Below, one piece after another: positions 35,195 through 44,384 of a DNA stretch of 64,000 nt (the stretch's first letter is position 1; each line of letters opens with the position of its first letter). The stretch comes from Bacteroidales bacterium. Lineage in GTDB: Bacteria > Bacteroidota > Bacteroidia > Bacteroidales > VadinHA17. The DNA lies in assembly GCA_963668715.1 (NCBI GenBank), contig OY764960.1, positions 2,959,602 through 3,023,601 on the forward strand, in the 5' to 3' direction. Both the position numbers and the translations under genes were made by a program. Below the pieces are notes generated by a model. That model saw only the letters and a list, made by a program, of their open reading frames with translations. It was not told where the DNA came from and did not search any database.

Positions 35195-36643
35195 ATGAGT
35201 CCGGTACTTATCCTGGTAATTATCCTGCTATATTTCAGCCTTCTATTACTAATAGGCTGGTATACAGGCCGTAAGGCCGATAGTGAAAGTTTTTTCATAG
35301 GTAACCGGAAGTCTCCATGGTTTGTCGTGGCTGTCGGGATGATAGGAGCTTCTCTTTCCGGTGTAACATTCATATCGGTTCCCGGGTGGGTTATAGACAG
35401 TCAGTTTTCCTATATGCAGATGGTACTGGGTTACCTGGTTGGCTATGCAGTAATTGCAGAGATCTTGCTACCCCTGTATTACAGGCTGAAATTAACATCA
35501 ATATACACTTATTTGTCCGGCAGGTTTGGTACATATTCATACAAGACCGGAGCATCCTTTTTCCTGTTGTCAAGAACGATAGGCGCTTCATTCAGGTTGT
35601 TTCTTGTAGCTATGGTTCTACAGTACACAATATTTGATTCATGGAATGTTCCTTTTATAATAACCGTTGCCATAACCCTGGGACTGATCTGGCTTTATAC
35701 TTACAGGGGCGGGATCAGGACTATTATATGGACTGATACCCTTCAGACAATACTGATGCTTACTGCTGTTATTCTGACAGTTGTTTTTATTACCAGGGAA
35801 ATGGATCTTGATTTCGGATCAATGGTTACAGCGGTCAGGGAGAGCAGTTTTTCAAAGACTTTCTTTTTTAGTGATTTTAATGATGAGAGGCATTTTGTGA
35901 AACAGTTTCTGGGAGGGATGTTCATTACGATTGTCATGACAGGTCTTGATCAGGATATGATGCAGAAAAATATCAGTTGCCGGACACTGAAGGATGCCAA
36001 AAAGAATGTATATACTTACAGCCTTGCATTTGTGCCCGTGAATATAGTATTTCTTGTTTTGGGTGTTCTTCTTGTCATCTATACGGGCTTTGCCGGGATG
36101 TCATTACCCGCTCAGGCTGATAACCTGTTTCCTATGGTTGCTACAAGGGGAGGTCTTGCACCCTTAGTAAGCATATTCTTTATACTCGGACTGATTGCTG
36201 CAGCCTATTCAAGTGCCGACTCTGCGCTGACTGCACTTACAACTTCCTTCACAGTCGATATTCTGGGAAAAGGGAATGAGGATGAACCTGTATTGAAGAA
36301 GATCCGCTTCAGGGTTCATATAATGTTTTCCGTTATACTGATGATAGTTATTCTGGTATTCCGTCTTATCAATGACCAGAGTGTAATAAGCGCACTTTTC
36401 ACAGTAGCAGGATATACATATGGTCCTTTACTGGGTATGTATTCGTTCGGTCTTTTAACAAGGTGGGAAGTTAAAGACAGGCTGGTGCCTTATGTGGCTG
36501 TGCTTTCTCCTCTTTTGTGTATATTGTTGAATGCCTTCTCAGAAGAATTGTTCAGCGGATACAGGTTTGGTTTTGAGTTACTGATTGTGAATGGTATCAT
36601 AACATTTCTGGGAATGATGCTTATTCGCCGGAGGAATGTCTGA
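35195..36643 (+). CDS. Sodium:solute symporter (SSF) family transporter
   Basis: 482 aa, ~13 hydrophobic helices, N-terminal FFIGNRKSPWFVVAVGMIGASLSGVTFISVPG typical of SSF. Confidence 0.75.
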   Translation: MSPVLILVIILLYFSLLLLIGWYTGRKADSESFFIGNRKSPWFVVAVGMIGASLSGVTFISVPGWVIDSQFSYMQMVLGYLVGYAVIAEILLPLYYRLKLTSIYTYLSGRFGTYSYKTGASFFLLSRTIGASFRLFLVAMVLQYTIFDSWNVPFIITVAITLGLIWLYTYRGGIRTIIWTDTLQTILMLTAVILTVVFITREMDLDFGSMVTAVRESSFSKTFFFSDFNDERHFVKQFLGGMFITIVMTGLDQDMMQKNISCRTLKDAKKNVYTYSLAFVPVNIVFLVLGVLLVIYTGFAGMSLPAQADNLFPMVATRGGLAPLVSIFFILGLIAAAYSSADSALTALTTSFTVDILGKGNEDEPVLKKIRFRVHIMFSVILMIVILVFRLINDQSVISALFTVAGYTYGPLLGMYSFGLLTRWEVKDRLVPYVAVLSPLLCILLNAFSEELFSGYRFGFELLIVNGIITFLGMMLIRRRNV

Positions 36644-37298
36644 AAGGAATACGGTATATAATATAATATGATACTGCAGGCGAGAGGAAAGCATCAGTCC
36701 CGCCCATGCCGGGAATATAGACGGCTCCCTCACCGTTCTTGCCGGAGCAATAAATAAGTGTTCTTAGTTTTACAGCCCAGCCGATAAGCAGGTTATCGAA
36801 TATTTCAGCTTTGATACTTCCCTGCAGTTCCAGAAAATGAGCGGTAGCCCTGTTACTTTCAACTGAAGTAACTACTTCCCCCCAGTAGCTGTCCATGCTT
36901 ATAAAAGGAGTCTCCTGCTGAAAAACTGCTAATCCGTACCTTAGACCTATACCTGCAAAATGATTGATCTTCGTGGCAACAGGCTGAAGCATGCTTATAT
37001 CGGTCCCAAATCTCATAAAGTAACCCTTACACGAATATTCATAGTTGTAATTGTCAGTATTAAAACTTCCATATCCGGGTTCCAGTACGATAAAATACTT
37101 GTAATTCAGCCTGTAACTGAGATACCCTTCAAAATCAGATCTCGAATTGTCAATAGAGTAGAGGACAGGTCCTGTAACATCAAATCCCAGACTTACGGAT
37201 TTGCGTGCCTTAACGGTATCGGCCTGCTGCTGTGCTGAAGTATTAAAAAATATCAGCAGCAATAAAATGCTAAAAGAATATTTCAATATTCTCTTCAT
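36621..37298 (-). CDS. Predicted outer-membrane beta-barrel protein (hypothetical)
   Basis: Signal peptide (FFNTSAQQQ), alternating amphipathic beta-strand pattern, aromatic-rich strands. It overlaps the upstream lipoprotein gene by 29 nt and the convergent SSF gene by 23 nt. Confidence 0.5.
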   Translation of the reverse strand: MKRILKYSFSILLLLIFFNTSAQQQADTVKARKSVSLGFDVTGPVLYSIDNSRSDFEGYLSYRLNYKYFIVLEPGYGSFNTDNYNYEYSCKGYFMRFGTDISMLQPVATKINHFAGIGLRYGLAVFQQETPFISMDSYWGEVVTSVESNRATAHFLELQGSIKAEIFDNLLIGWAVKLRTLIYCSGKNGEGAVYIPGMGGTDAFLSPAVSYYIIYRIPFRHSSGE

Positions 37299-37725
37299 CT
37301 GAAGGATTAACGGAATTACTTGTTATTATTATATTTTTTATATCATCACCTGAGAAGTCCGCTTCCTCCAGTTCATAAAGGAAGATATATCCGCAGGCCT
37401 GTGACAGGAACTCAAGTTTCGCTTTGTAATATACTGATATGGTGTCAGTCCGCGTTCCGTTCTTAAAAATGAACGAGCAGGATGTCGATGAAGGATTGAG
37501 CGGCAGGCTTATACCGCTTTGCTTTCCCATTGAAACAATAAGAGAGTCAGGTATCTCCGTCCCGTATACCGTTAAGCTGTCAATAGTATACTGGTCACCT
37601 GATCCGCTTAAATAGAATCCTGCATTCATGTAAACTTCAGTATCCAGATCGCATGCTTCTCTGGTGCATGAACTTCCGTAAATGACAGCTAATACTATCA
37701 ACAGCCGGATAAATGTTTTTTCCAT
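37270..37725 (-). CDS. Small predicted lipoprotein (hypothetical)
   Basis: Signal peptide with lipobox (IYGSSCTRE), 151 aa. It appears translationally coupled to the beta-barrel gene downstream. Confidence 0.5.
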   Translation of the reverse strand: MEKTFIRLLIVLAVIYGSSCTREACDLDTEVYMNAGFYLSGSGDQYTIDSLTVYGTEIPDSLIVSMGKQSGISLPLNPSSTSCSFIFKNGTRTDTISVYYKAKLEFLSQACGYIFLYELEEADFSGDDIKNIIITSNSVNPSDEENIEIFF

Positions 37726-37796
37726 ATGTATAATACAAAACCGATGTCAAAAGTATGAAAAATGACTGTCCTAAAAAAGCCATGTTATACGATGAA

Positions 37797-38131
37797 GGGC
37801 AAAAGACAAAAGACTAAAGGAATGGAATGATGGAGTAAAGGAATAAAGGAATAATGGAATGATGGAATGATGGAATGATGGAATGATGGAATAATGGAAT
37901 AATGGAATGATGGAATGATGGAATGATGGAATGATGGAATGATGGAATGATGGAATGATGGAATGATGGAATGATGGAATGATGGGTCTTAAAAAGTAAA
38001 TAACATGAGACAGAATGCATACTGTCCGTTTGTCGTTAGTCGTTAGTCGTTTGCCCTTAGTCTGAACAACCCATTTAAACTCATTCTCAATCTTTTAAAC
38101 CCTTTTGTCTTTAGTCTTTAGTCTTTTGTCG
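37797..38131. repeat. Composite intergenic word-repeat element (modules A', B array, spacer, A variant, C', A)
   Basis: gggcaaaagacaaaagactaaag (37797-37819), then (ggaatgat)n, a 40-nt unique spacer and tttgtcgttagtcgttagtcgtttgcccttagtc. Next comes tgaacaacccatttaaactcattctcaatcttttaaaccc, then ttttgtctttagtctttagtcttttgtcg. The end arms are inverted complements. Confidence 0.9.
37819..37985. repeat. Tandem 8-nt array, about 20 copies of GGAATGAT (variants GGAATAAT, GGAATAAA, GGAGTAAA), word family B
   Basis: I counted units directly from 37824 to 37983: 20 full units plus partial units at both ends. Confidence 0.95.
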
Positions 38132-38136
38132 TACAA

Positions 38137-40773
38137 TCAGCCGGTTATGTCTTTTACCAGTTCCCTGACTCTGTCGAGAGCTGCTTTAATACCTCCGGGA
38201 TCACTTCCTCCGGCAACCGCCATAAACGGCTGGCCTCCTCCTCCTCCTTTTATCCGGCTGGCGGCATCACGCACGATATTTCCTGCATGGATATTCTTTC
38301 CTTTAACAAGATCATCACTAATCATTATCAGCAGGTGAGCCTTGTCTTCAATTTGTGTCCCGACAGCAAGAATGATGTTTTTATGTGCCGTTCTTATCAT
38401 CTGGGCGATCTTTTTCAAAATATCAACCGAGTCGACATCTATCTGTTCAGCTATAAAATTAATCCCTCCGATCTCTTCTGATTTATTAATCAGTTCAGTT
38501 CGTAAAGTTGCAGATATTCCGGATTCCAGTCTTTCAACTCTTTTATTAAGGTCATTGACCTGTTTAATGATCCTTGATACTGATTCTGTTATATCAGTAT
38601 TGCCCGGAAGCATATTTTCTATTTCTTCCAGTGTGGCGAGCTTGTTGTTTATATAGTCCAGGGCATGAGCGGAAGTGACAGCTTCTATTCTTCTTATACC
38701 TGCTGCAACAGCAGTTTCGGAAATAATTTTGAACATACCTATCTGCCCTGTATTTGAAACATGCGTACCGCCGCATAATTCAAGCGATTCCCCGAACCCG
38801 ACCACACGTACCTTTTCGTCATATTTTTCACCGAACAGGGCAATTGCTCCTTTTTCAAGTGCTTCATTCACCGGCATGTCTTCAATAATGCTGGCAGGAA
38901 TGTTTTTCCCTATAATTTCGTTAACAAGGTTTTCAATTTTCCTGATATCTTCGGGACTTATTTTTCCAAAATGGCTGAAGTCGAAACGTAGTTTTTTATC
39001 TGTAACCAGTGAGCCTTTCTGTTCAACATGCCTGCCAAGTATTTTTCTTAAAGCGTAATGCAGCAGGTGCGTTGCGGTATGGTTTCTGGCAGTTGCTTCC
39101 CTTTTACCGGTATCTACGAATGCCCTGTATATTTCATGAGGTTTTGCAGGTATTTTATTACTGATATGGATAATAAGGTTATTTTCTTTGACCGTATCGG
39201 TAATTATTATCTTCTCTTCACCGTTTGTTATGTATCCTGTATCGCCTGCCTGCCCTCCCGATTCGGCATAAAAAGGTGTTTTATCGAAGACCATCTGATA
39301 CAGTTCCTTTCCTTTTGCCTTAATTATACGGTATCGTGTAAGTCTGACTTCATCCATGGTTGTTTTGTAGCCGGTAAATTCCGTCCCCAGGTGTTCCTTT
39401 ACGATAGTCCAGTCGCCTGTTTCTTTTTCAGCATCGGTCTTTGATCTTTGCTTTTGTTTTTTCATCTCCCTTTCAAAACCTGACGTATCTACCTCTATTG
39501 AGCTTTCTCTAAGTATAAGTTGGGTAAGGTCAAGAGGAAATCCGTAGGTATCGTAAAGGACAAAGGCATCTTCTCCGGGAAAAATATTGGTCTCTGATTT
39601 TTTTATTTCAGGTAAACGCTTTTCTATAAGCTTAATACCCTTCCCTAAAGTATTGAGAAAGGCAATTTCTTCCTGTTTGATGGTTGTTGTAATATGTTGT
39701 TCCTGTGATCTCAGTTCCGGGAAGTATTCTCCCATGGTTTTTACGAGAACGGGAACGAGCCTGTAAATAAAGGGTTCATCCTGTCCAAGATAGTTATACC
39801 CGTATCTTATAGCCCTTCTGAGTATTCTTCTGATTACATAACCGGCCTTGTTATTTGAAGGTATCTGTCCGTCGGCCACTGAAAACGACACAGCCCTGAG
39901 GTGATCTGCCACCACCCTCAATGCTATATCGGTTTCTTCCCTTACATTGTATTTTATTCCTGTAATTGATGATATTTCGGTTATAAGCGACTGGAAAATG
40001 TCAGTATCGTAATTGGACTTTTTCCCCTGTACTGCCATACACAGCCTCTCAAAGCCCATCCCCGTATCGACATGCTTGTCGGGAAGCAATTCGAGCGATC
40101 CGTCTGCCTTCCTGTTATATTGAATAAACACAAGGTTCCATATCTCAATAACCAGAGGATGATTTTTATTTACGAGTGTATGTCCCGGAACATTCTTTCT
40201 TTCATCATTATCCCTGAGATCAAGATGTATCTCCGAGCACGGACCGCAAGGTCCCGTATCGCCCATTTCCCAGAAATTATCTTTTTTCGACCCGTTCAGT
40301 ATCCTGTTCCCGGTATCTCCCAGGTGCAAAGCCCAGTACCGGGCCGATTCGTTATCCCGTTCAAGTCCTTCTTCACTGCTGCCTTCAAATACCGTTGCAT
40401 AGATCCTGTCGGGAGAAATATTTAGTACTGAAGTAAGGAACTCCCAGGCCCATTCAATGGCTTCTTTCTTAAAATAATCCCCGAATGACCAGTTGCCCAG
40501 CATTTCAAACATTGTATGATGATAGGTGTCACGGCCAACTTCTTCGAGATCGTTATGCTTACCGGAAACCCTCAGACATTTCTGGCTGTCTGCCAGTCGT
40601 TTGCTTACCGGCTTTTCGTTTCCCAGAAAAATATCCTTAAACTGGTTCATCCCGGCATTTGTGAACATCAGTGTGGGGTCGTTCTTAAGCACCATGGGGG
40701 CTGATTTGACAATACTGTGTCCCTTTTCGCTGAAAAAATCAAAAAATGCCTTTCTTAGTTCTCTGGAATACAT
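38137..40773 (-). CDS. alaS: Alanine--tRNA ligase
   Basis: 878 aa, N-terminal FFDFFSEKGH, editing-domain HTATHLLH and CGGTH, C-terminal DHHA1-like GGGGGQPFMA. Confidence 0.95.
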   Translation of the reverse strand: MYSRELRKAFFDFFSEKGHSIVKSAPMVLKNDPTLMFTNAGMNQFKDIFLGNEKPVSKRLADSQKCLRVSGKHNDLEEVGRDTYHHTMFEMLGNWSFGDYFKKEAIEWAWEFLTSVLNISPDRIYATVFEGSSEEGLERDNESARYWALHLGDTGNRILNGSKKDNFWEMGDTGPCGPCSEIHLDLRDNDERKNVPGHTLVNKNHPLVIEIWNLVFIQYNRKADGSLELLPDKHVDTGMGFERLCMAVQGKKSNYDTDIFQSLITEISSITGIKYNVREETDIALRVVADHLRAVSFSVADGQIPSNNKAGYVIRRILRRAIRYGYNYLGQDEPFIYRLVPVLVKTMGEYFPELRSQEQHITTTIKQEEIAFLNTLGKGIKLIEKRLPEIKKSETNIFPGEDAFVLYDTYGFPLDLTQLILRESSIEVDTSGFEREMKKQKQRSKTDAEKETGDWTIVKEHLGTEFTGYKTTMDEVRLTRYRIIKAKGKELYQMVFDKTPFYAESGGQAGDTGYITNGEEKIIITDTVKENNLIIHISNKIPAKPHEIYRAFVDTGKREATARNHTATHLLHYALRKILGRHVEQKGSLVTDKKLRFDFSHFGKISPEDIRKIENLVNEIIGKNIPASIIEDMPVNEALEKGAIALFGEKYDEKVRVVGFGESLELCGGTHVSNTGQIGMFKIISETAVAAGIRRIEAVTSAHALDYINNKLATLEEIENMLPGNTDITESVSRIIKQVNDLNKRVERLESGISATLRTELINKSEEIGGINFIAEQIDVDSVDILKKIAQMIRTAHKNIILAVGTQIEDKAHLLIMISDDLVKGKNIHAGNIVRDAASRIKGGGGGQPFMAVAGGSDPGGIKAALDRVRELVKDITG

Positions 40774-40836
40774 ATAAAAATAAGGTTCTTTAACATGATG
40801 AAATACTAACGGTTTGTAAAATTAGTTTATTTAAAT

Positions 40837-40844
40837 TAGATTTG
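40837..40844 (+). promoter_or_regulatory. Bacteroidota -7 promoter-like box (TAGATTTG)
   Basis: Matches TAnnTTTG, 38 nt upstream of the M23 peptidase ATG at 40882. Confidence 0.3.
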
Positions 40845-40881
40845 CTCCAACTGATAACAAAAATCAATTTGTTTTAGCCTG

Positions 40882-41844
40882 ATGCTTAGACGGAGGTATT
40901 TGCTTGATAAAAACCAACTGGTCTTTAAAGAATACAGACTTTCATTTGGTCAGAAGCTTTTCAGGTTCAGCATGATCTTGATTGTATCAATAATACTGGC
41001 AGGGGCATATGGTCTTGCTTTCAAGCATTTTTTCGGTTCGCCAAAGGAAAACAGGCTTCAGGCCGAACTGGATGAGATTCGTTACAAATACAGGTTACTG
41101 GAAACCGACTTCGACCATATCAGCGATGAGCTTAAAGAGATTGCCTCGGCTGAGGATAATGTGTACAGGCCTGTCTTCAGTATGGAGATGATCCCACAGT
41201 CATTCAGACAGTCAGGCTTCGGAGGTACAAGAAAGTATACAGAGCTGGAAGGTTATATGAATTCAGACCTGCTTATTTCTGCAACCAGAAAAGTGGATGA
41301 ATTGCTTCGTAAAACATATATCCAGTCAAAATCATTCGAAGAAATTATACCTGTGGCCTCCGATTGGAAGAATATGTGGGAACACCTGCCTGCCATCAGA
41401 CCTGTTACAGTTAATATACCTCTGGGTGATGGTTTGAAATTCAGGGAAAAACATCCGGTGCTCGGAAGTCCGAGGTGGCATTACGGCCAGGATTTTTCAG
41501 CGCCTGTAGGTACTGAGGTCTTTGCAACAGGAGCAGGTGTTGTGTCAAGGGCGGGATGGAGTCCTTACGGTTTCGGCAGAATGGTTGAGATTGACCACGG
41601 TTATGGCTTTACTACTATCTATGGTCATTTAAGTAAGGTAAAGGTAACCGTGGGACAGCAGGTTGTAAGAGGAGATCCTGTCGGGCTGTCGGGCAGTACC
41701 GGTATTTCTTCAGGCCCTCATCTGCATTACGAGATACATCACGACGGGAAAGTGGAGAATCCGCTGCATTTCTTCGGCGATGACCTGAGCCTTGAAGAAT
41801 ATGATCATATGATTGATGTACTTAACGGCAACCCCGTGGATTAA
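40882..41844 (+). CDS. M23 family metallopeptidase with an N-terminal TM and coiled coil (paralog 1)
   Basis: HYGQDFSAPVGTEVFA and GPHLHYEIH motifs, with an N-terminal TM helix. Confidence 0.85.
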   Translation: MLRRRYLLDKNQLVFKEYRLSFGQKLFRFSMILIVSIILAGAYGLAFKHFFGSPKENRLQAELDEIRYKYRLLETDFDHISDELKEIASAEDNVYRPVFSMEMIPQSFRQSGFGGTRKYTELEGYMNSDLLISATRKVDELLRKTYIQSKSFEEIIPVASDWKNMWEHLPAIRPVTVNIPLGDGLKFREKHPVLGSPRWHYGQDFSAPVGTEVFATGAGVVSRAGWSPYGFGRMVEIDHGYGFTTIYGHLSKVKVTVGQQVVRGDPVGLSGSTGISSGPHLHYEIHHDGKVENPLHFFGDDLSLEEYDHMIDVLNGNPVD

Positions 41845-41926
41845 CAATTCCTGAAAATATTTGTTTTATGTTGGTAATTATATTGGCCATTACTTTTGTA
41901 ATTAATTATATTTAATATATTTATGC

Positions 41927-41934
41927 TATATTTG
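41927..41934 (+). promoter_or_regulatory. Bacteroidota -7 promoter-like box (TATATTTG)
   Basis: Matches TAnnTTTG, 17 nt upstream of the ATG at 41951. Confidence 0.35.
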
Positions 41935-41950
41935 CGCAATATTTCAGGAT

Positions 41951-42925
41951 ATGGCAAAGGTAAAATATAAATATAACCCCGAATCATTATCCTTCGATAG
42001 AATTAACGTCACATTCAGAGAGCGCTTCCTGAGGTTTCTGGCTTACTTTACGGGATCACTGCTTCTTGCCGTAATTTATGGGCTGATATTTACATATCTC
42101 TTCGACTCACCCAAGGAGAAAGTTCTGAAGAGGGAGAATGCACAGATGAGGCTTCAGTATGAGTTGCTGAACAAGGACCTTGAGAAAGTAGAAAAGGTCC
42201 TTGCTCACCTGCAGGAGACCGATGATAATCTATACAGGACGGTTTTTGAGGCAGAACCGATACCCAAGTCCCTGAGGGAAGGAGGTATCGGAGGCGTGAA
42301 CAGGTACGAGGAACTGGAAGGATATGATAACTCACGTATAGTTATTGAAACGGCTGTAAGGCTTGACAGGATAAAAAAGAAAACATATGTTCAGTCAAAA
42401 TCATTTGATGAACTCATTAAAATGGCCGGGGAGAAGGAAGAAATGCTGAGGAGCATACCTGCCATTATGCCCATTTCCAACAAAGACCTTACACGTACGG
42501 CATCGGGCTGGGGATACAGGATACATCCTATCTACAAGATAAGAAAAATGCATTATGGGATGGACTTTACAGCGCCTACAGGCACGGAGATTTATTCGAC
42601 GGGAGATGGCAGGGTTGCCCGCATAACCAGCAGTAAACGGGGACTGGGGAATCATATTGTGATCGATCATGGCTTCGGATATCAGACTGTATATGCTCAC
42701 ATGAGCCGGTTTAACAATCTCAGGGTCGGACAGGAAGTGAAGAGGGGTGATGTGATCGGATTTGTTGGAAGTACAGGCCTCTCAACTGCACCACATCTGC
42801 ATTATGAGGTTCATCTGAATTCAAAAAAGGTCGATCCTGCCAATTATTACTTCAACGACCTGACCGCCGATGAATATGAGAAAATGATTGAACTTGCAAT
42901 GAGAAGTGGGCAATCGTTTGATTAA
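41951..42925 (+). CDS. M23 family metallopeptidase with an N-terminal TM and coiled coil (paralog 2)
   Basis: HYGMDFTAPTGTEIYS and APHLHYEVH motifs. Same architecture as 40882..41844. Confidence 0.85.
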   Translation: MAKVKYKYNPESLSFDRINVTFRERFLRFLAYFTGSLLLAVIYGLIFTYLFDSPKEKVLKRENAQMRLQYELLNKDLEKVEKVLAHLQETDDNLYRTVFEAEPIPKSLREGGIGGVNRYEELEGYDNSRIVIETAVRLDRIKKKTYVQSKSFDELIKMAGEKEEMLRSIPAIMPISNKDLTRTASGWGYRIHPIYKIRKMHYGMDFTAPTGTEIYSTGDGRVARITSSKRGLGNHIVIDHGFGYQTVYAHMSRFNNLRVGQEVKRGDVIGFVGSTGLSTAPHLHYEVHLNSKKVDPANYYFNDLTADEYEKMIELAMRSGQSFD

Positions 42926-42950
42926 GATCATAATACAAAAAACTTACTCT

Positions 42951-44045
42951 ATGCGCTACCTGTTTGCCGCGCATTCATTGATATTTTTTTTCCTTATAAC
43001 CGTACCTTTCAATATTCTACATTCACAGGATACGATAGCCGGGCATAACCGTATTAGCACCTTTACTGTTGCAGCCGCAGGAGATATTATGTTAGGCACT
43101 TCTTTCCCGGGTAAACGTTATCTGCCATCGGGTGATAACCCTTATCCGCTTATGACTGATCTTTTCGGCGATCTTTCAGGTGCAGATATTACTTTCGGAA
43201 ACCTGGAAGGCCCGTTCTCCGACGATGCTGATCTTACAAAGAAATGCAGGGACACAACCACCTGTTATGCTTTCAGGGTCCCTGAAAGATATGCGGGGGT
43301 ACTGGATAGCGCCGGATTTGATTTCATAAGCCTGGCAAATAATCATATAGGTGATTTTGGCTATGAAGCCAAAGAAACAACGGCAAAGATCCTTGATTCC
43401 CTTGGTATCAGTTATGCCGGTACCGTTGAATATCCGTGGGCTGTCAGGAAGATAAGAGACAGCCTGCTGATAGGCTTCTGTGCCTTTGCTCCAAACAAGG
43501 GAACCGTAAATATGCATGACAGTATTGCCGTGAGCAGGATCATGCGCTTCCTGGAAGATACCTGCGATATCGTTATAGCTTCTGTGCATGGCGGAGGAGA
43601 GGGGGCAGAACACCAGAACATATTGAGAGAAGAAGAGTTCTATTTTGGTGAAAACAGGGGTAATATGTATAAGTTTACACATGAACTGATTGATATGGGA
43701 GCTGATATAGTACTGGGACACGGACCTCATGTAAGCAGGGCGATTGAAGTATACAGGGGACGATTAATAGCTTACAGCCTCGGGAATTTTTGTACATACA
43801 GACGATTTAATCTTAACGGACCAAATGGATATGCGCCATTGATAATTGTCGAAATGAACATGAGCGGTGAATTAATTTCAGGCCGGATAATACCTGTTTA
43901 CCAAAATAATGACGGTCATGTCAGGCATGATACACGCAAAAGGGCTGTTTTTAAAATACGTGACCTCGTAAGAGAAGATTTCCCTGAATCGGAGATAGAT
44001 ATTGATGATGATGGTAATATAATTTTAAACCTTGATTATGAATAA
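42951..44045 (+). CDS. CapA family protein (PGA_cap metallophosphatase-like)
   Basis: AAGDIMLG..., LANNHIGDFG, SVHGGGEGAEHQ, GHGPHV motifs. I prefer the ATG at 42951 over the GTG at 42906. Confidence 0.7.
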   Translation: MRYLFAAHSLIFFFLITVPFNILHSQDTIAGHNRISTFTVAAAGDIMLGTSFPGKRYLPSGDNPYPLMTDLFGDLSGADITFGNLEGPFSDDADLTKKCRDTTTCYAFRVPERYAGVLDSAGFDFISLANNHIGDFGYEAKETTAKILDSLGISYAGTVEYPWAVRKIRDSLLIGFCAFAPNKGTVNMHDSIAVSRIMRFLEDTCDIVIASVHGGGEGAEHQNILREEEFYFGENRGNMYKFTHELIDMGADIVLGHGPHVSRAIEVYRGRLIAYSLGNFCTYRRFNLNGPNGYAPLIIVEMNMSGELISGRIIPVYQNNDGHVRHDTRKRAVFKIRDLVREDFPESEIDIDDDGNIILNLDYE

Positions 44046-44046
44046 G

Positions 44047-44373
44047 ATGACCGACAATAAAGACAAACTGTACTATTCGATAGGTGAAGTGGCGGAAATG
44101 CTTGGAGAACAAACCTCGGCAGTAAGGTACTGGGAGAAGGAATTTGATATTATCAAACCTCATAAGAACAAAAAAGGAAACAGGATGTTCACTTCTGAAG
44201 ATATTGAAAACCTGAAGATCATACACTACCTTCTGAAAGAAAAAGGCATGACTATCGCCGGTGCGAGAAAAAAGATGGCAGATAATCCCGAGAGTGTCCG
44301 TAAGAATCATGAGGTAATAAAATCACTGAAAAGAATAAGGAAACTGCTGATCAAAATAAAAGATGAACTTTAA
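44047..44373 (+). CDS. MerR family transcriptional regulator
   Basis: YSIGEVAEMLGEQTSAVRYWEKEF helix-turn-helix. The start could be the ATG at 44047 or at 44038. Confidence 0.8.
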   Translation: MTDNKDKLYYSIGEVAEMLGEQTSAVRYWEKEFDIIKPHKNKKGNRMFTSEDIENLKIIHYLLKEKGMTIAGARKKMADNPESVRKNHEVIKSLKRIRKLLIKIKDEL

Positions 44374-44384
44374 TTAGTACTAAC

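Noticed and set aside
35137-35373. 78-aa minus-strand ORF overlapping the symporter start
   Set aside because: It overlaps the 5' end of a well-supported transporter gene and its AT-rich promoter region, and it has no motif support.
37814-38020. 68-aa minus-strand ORF translating to HHSIIPSF repeats
   Set aside because: It is just the reading of the 8-nt GGAATGAT tandem array. There is no start context, and it has the periodicity of the DNA repeat, so it is not a gene.
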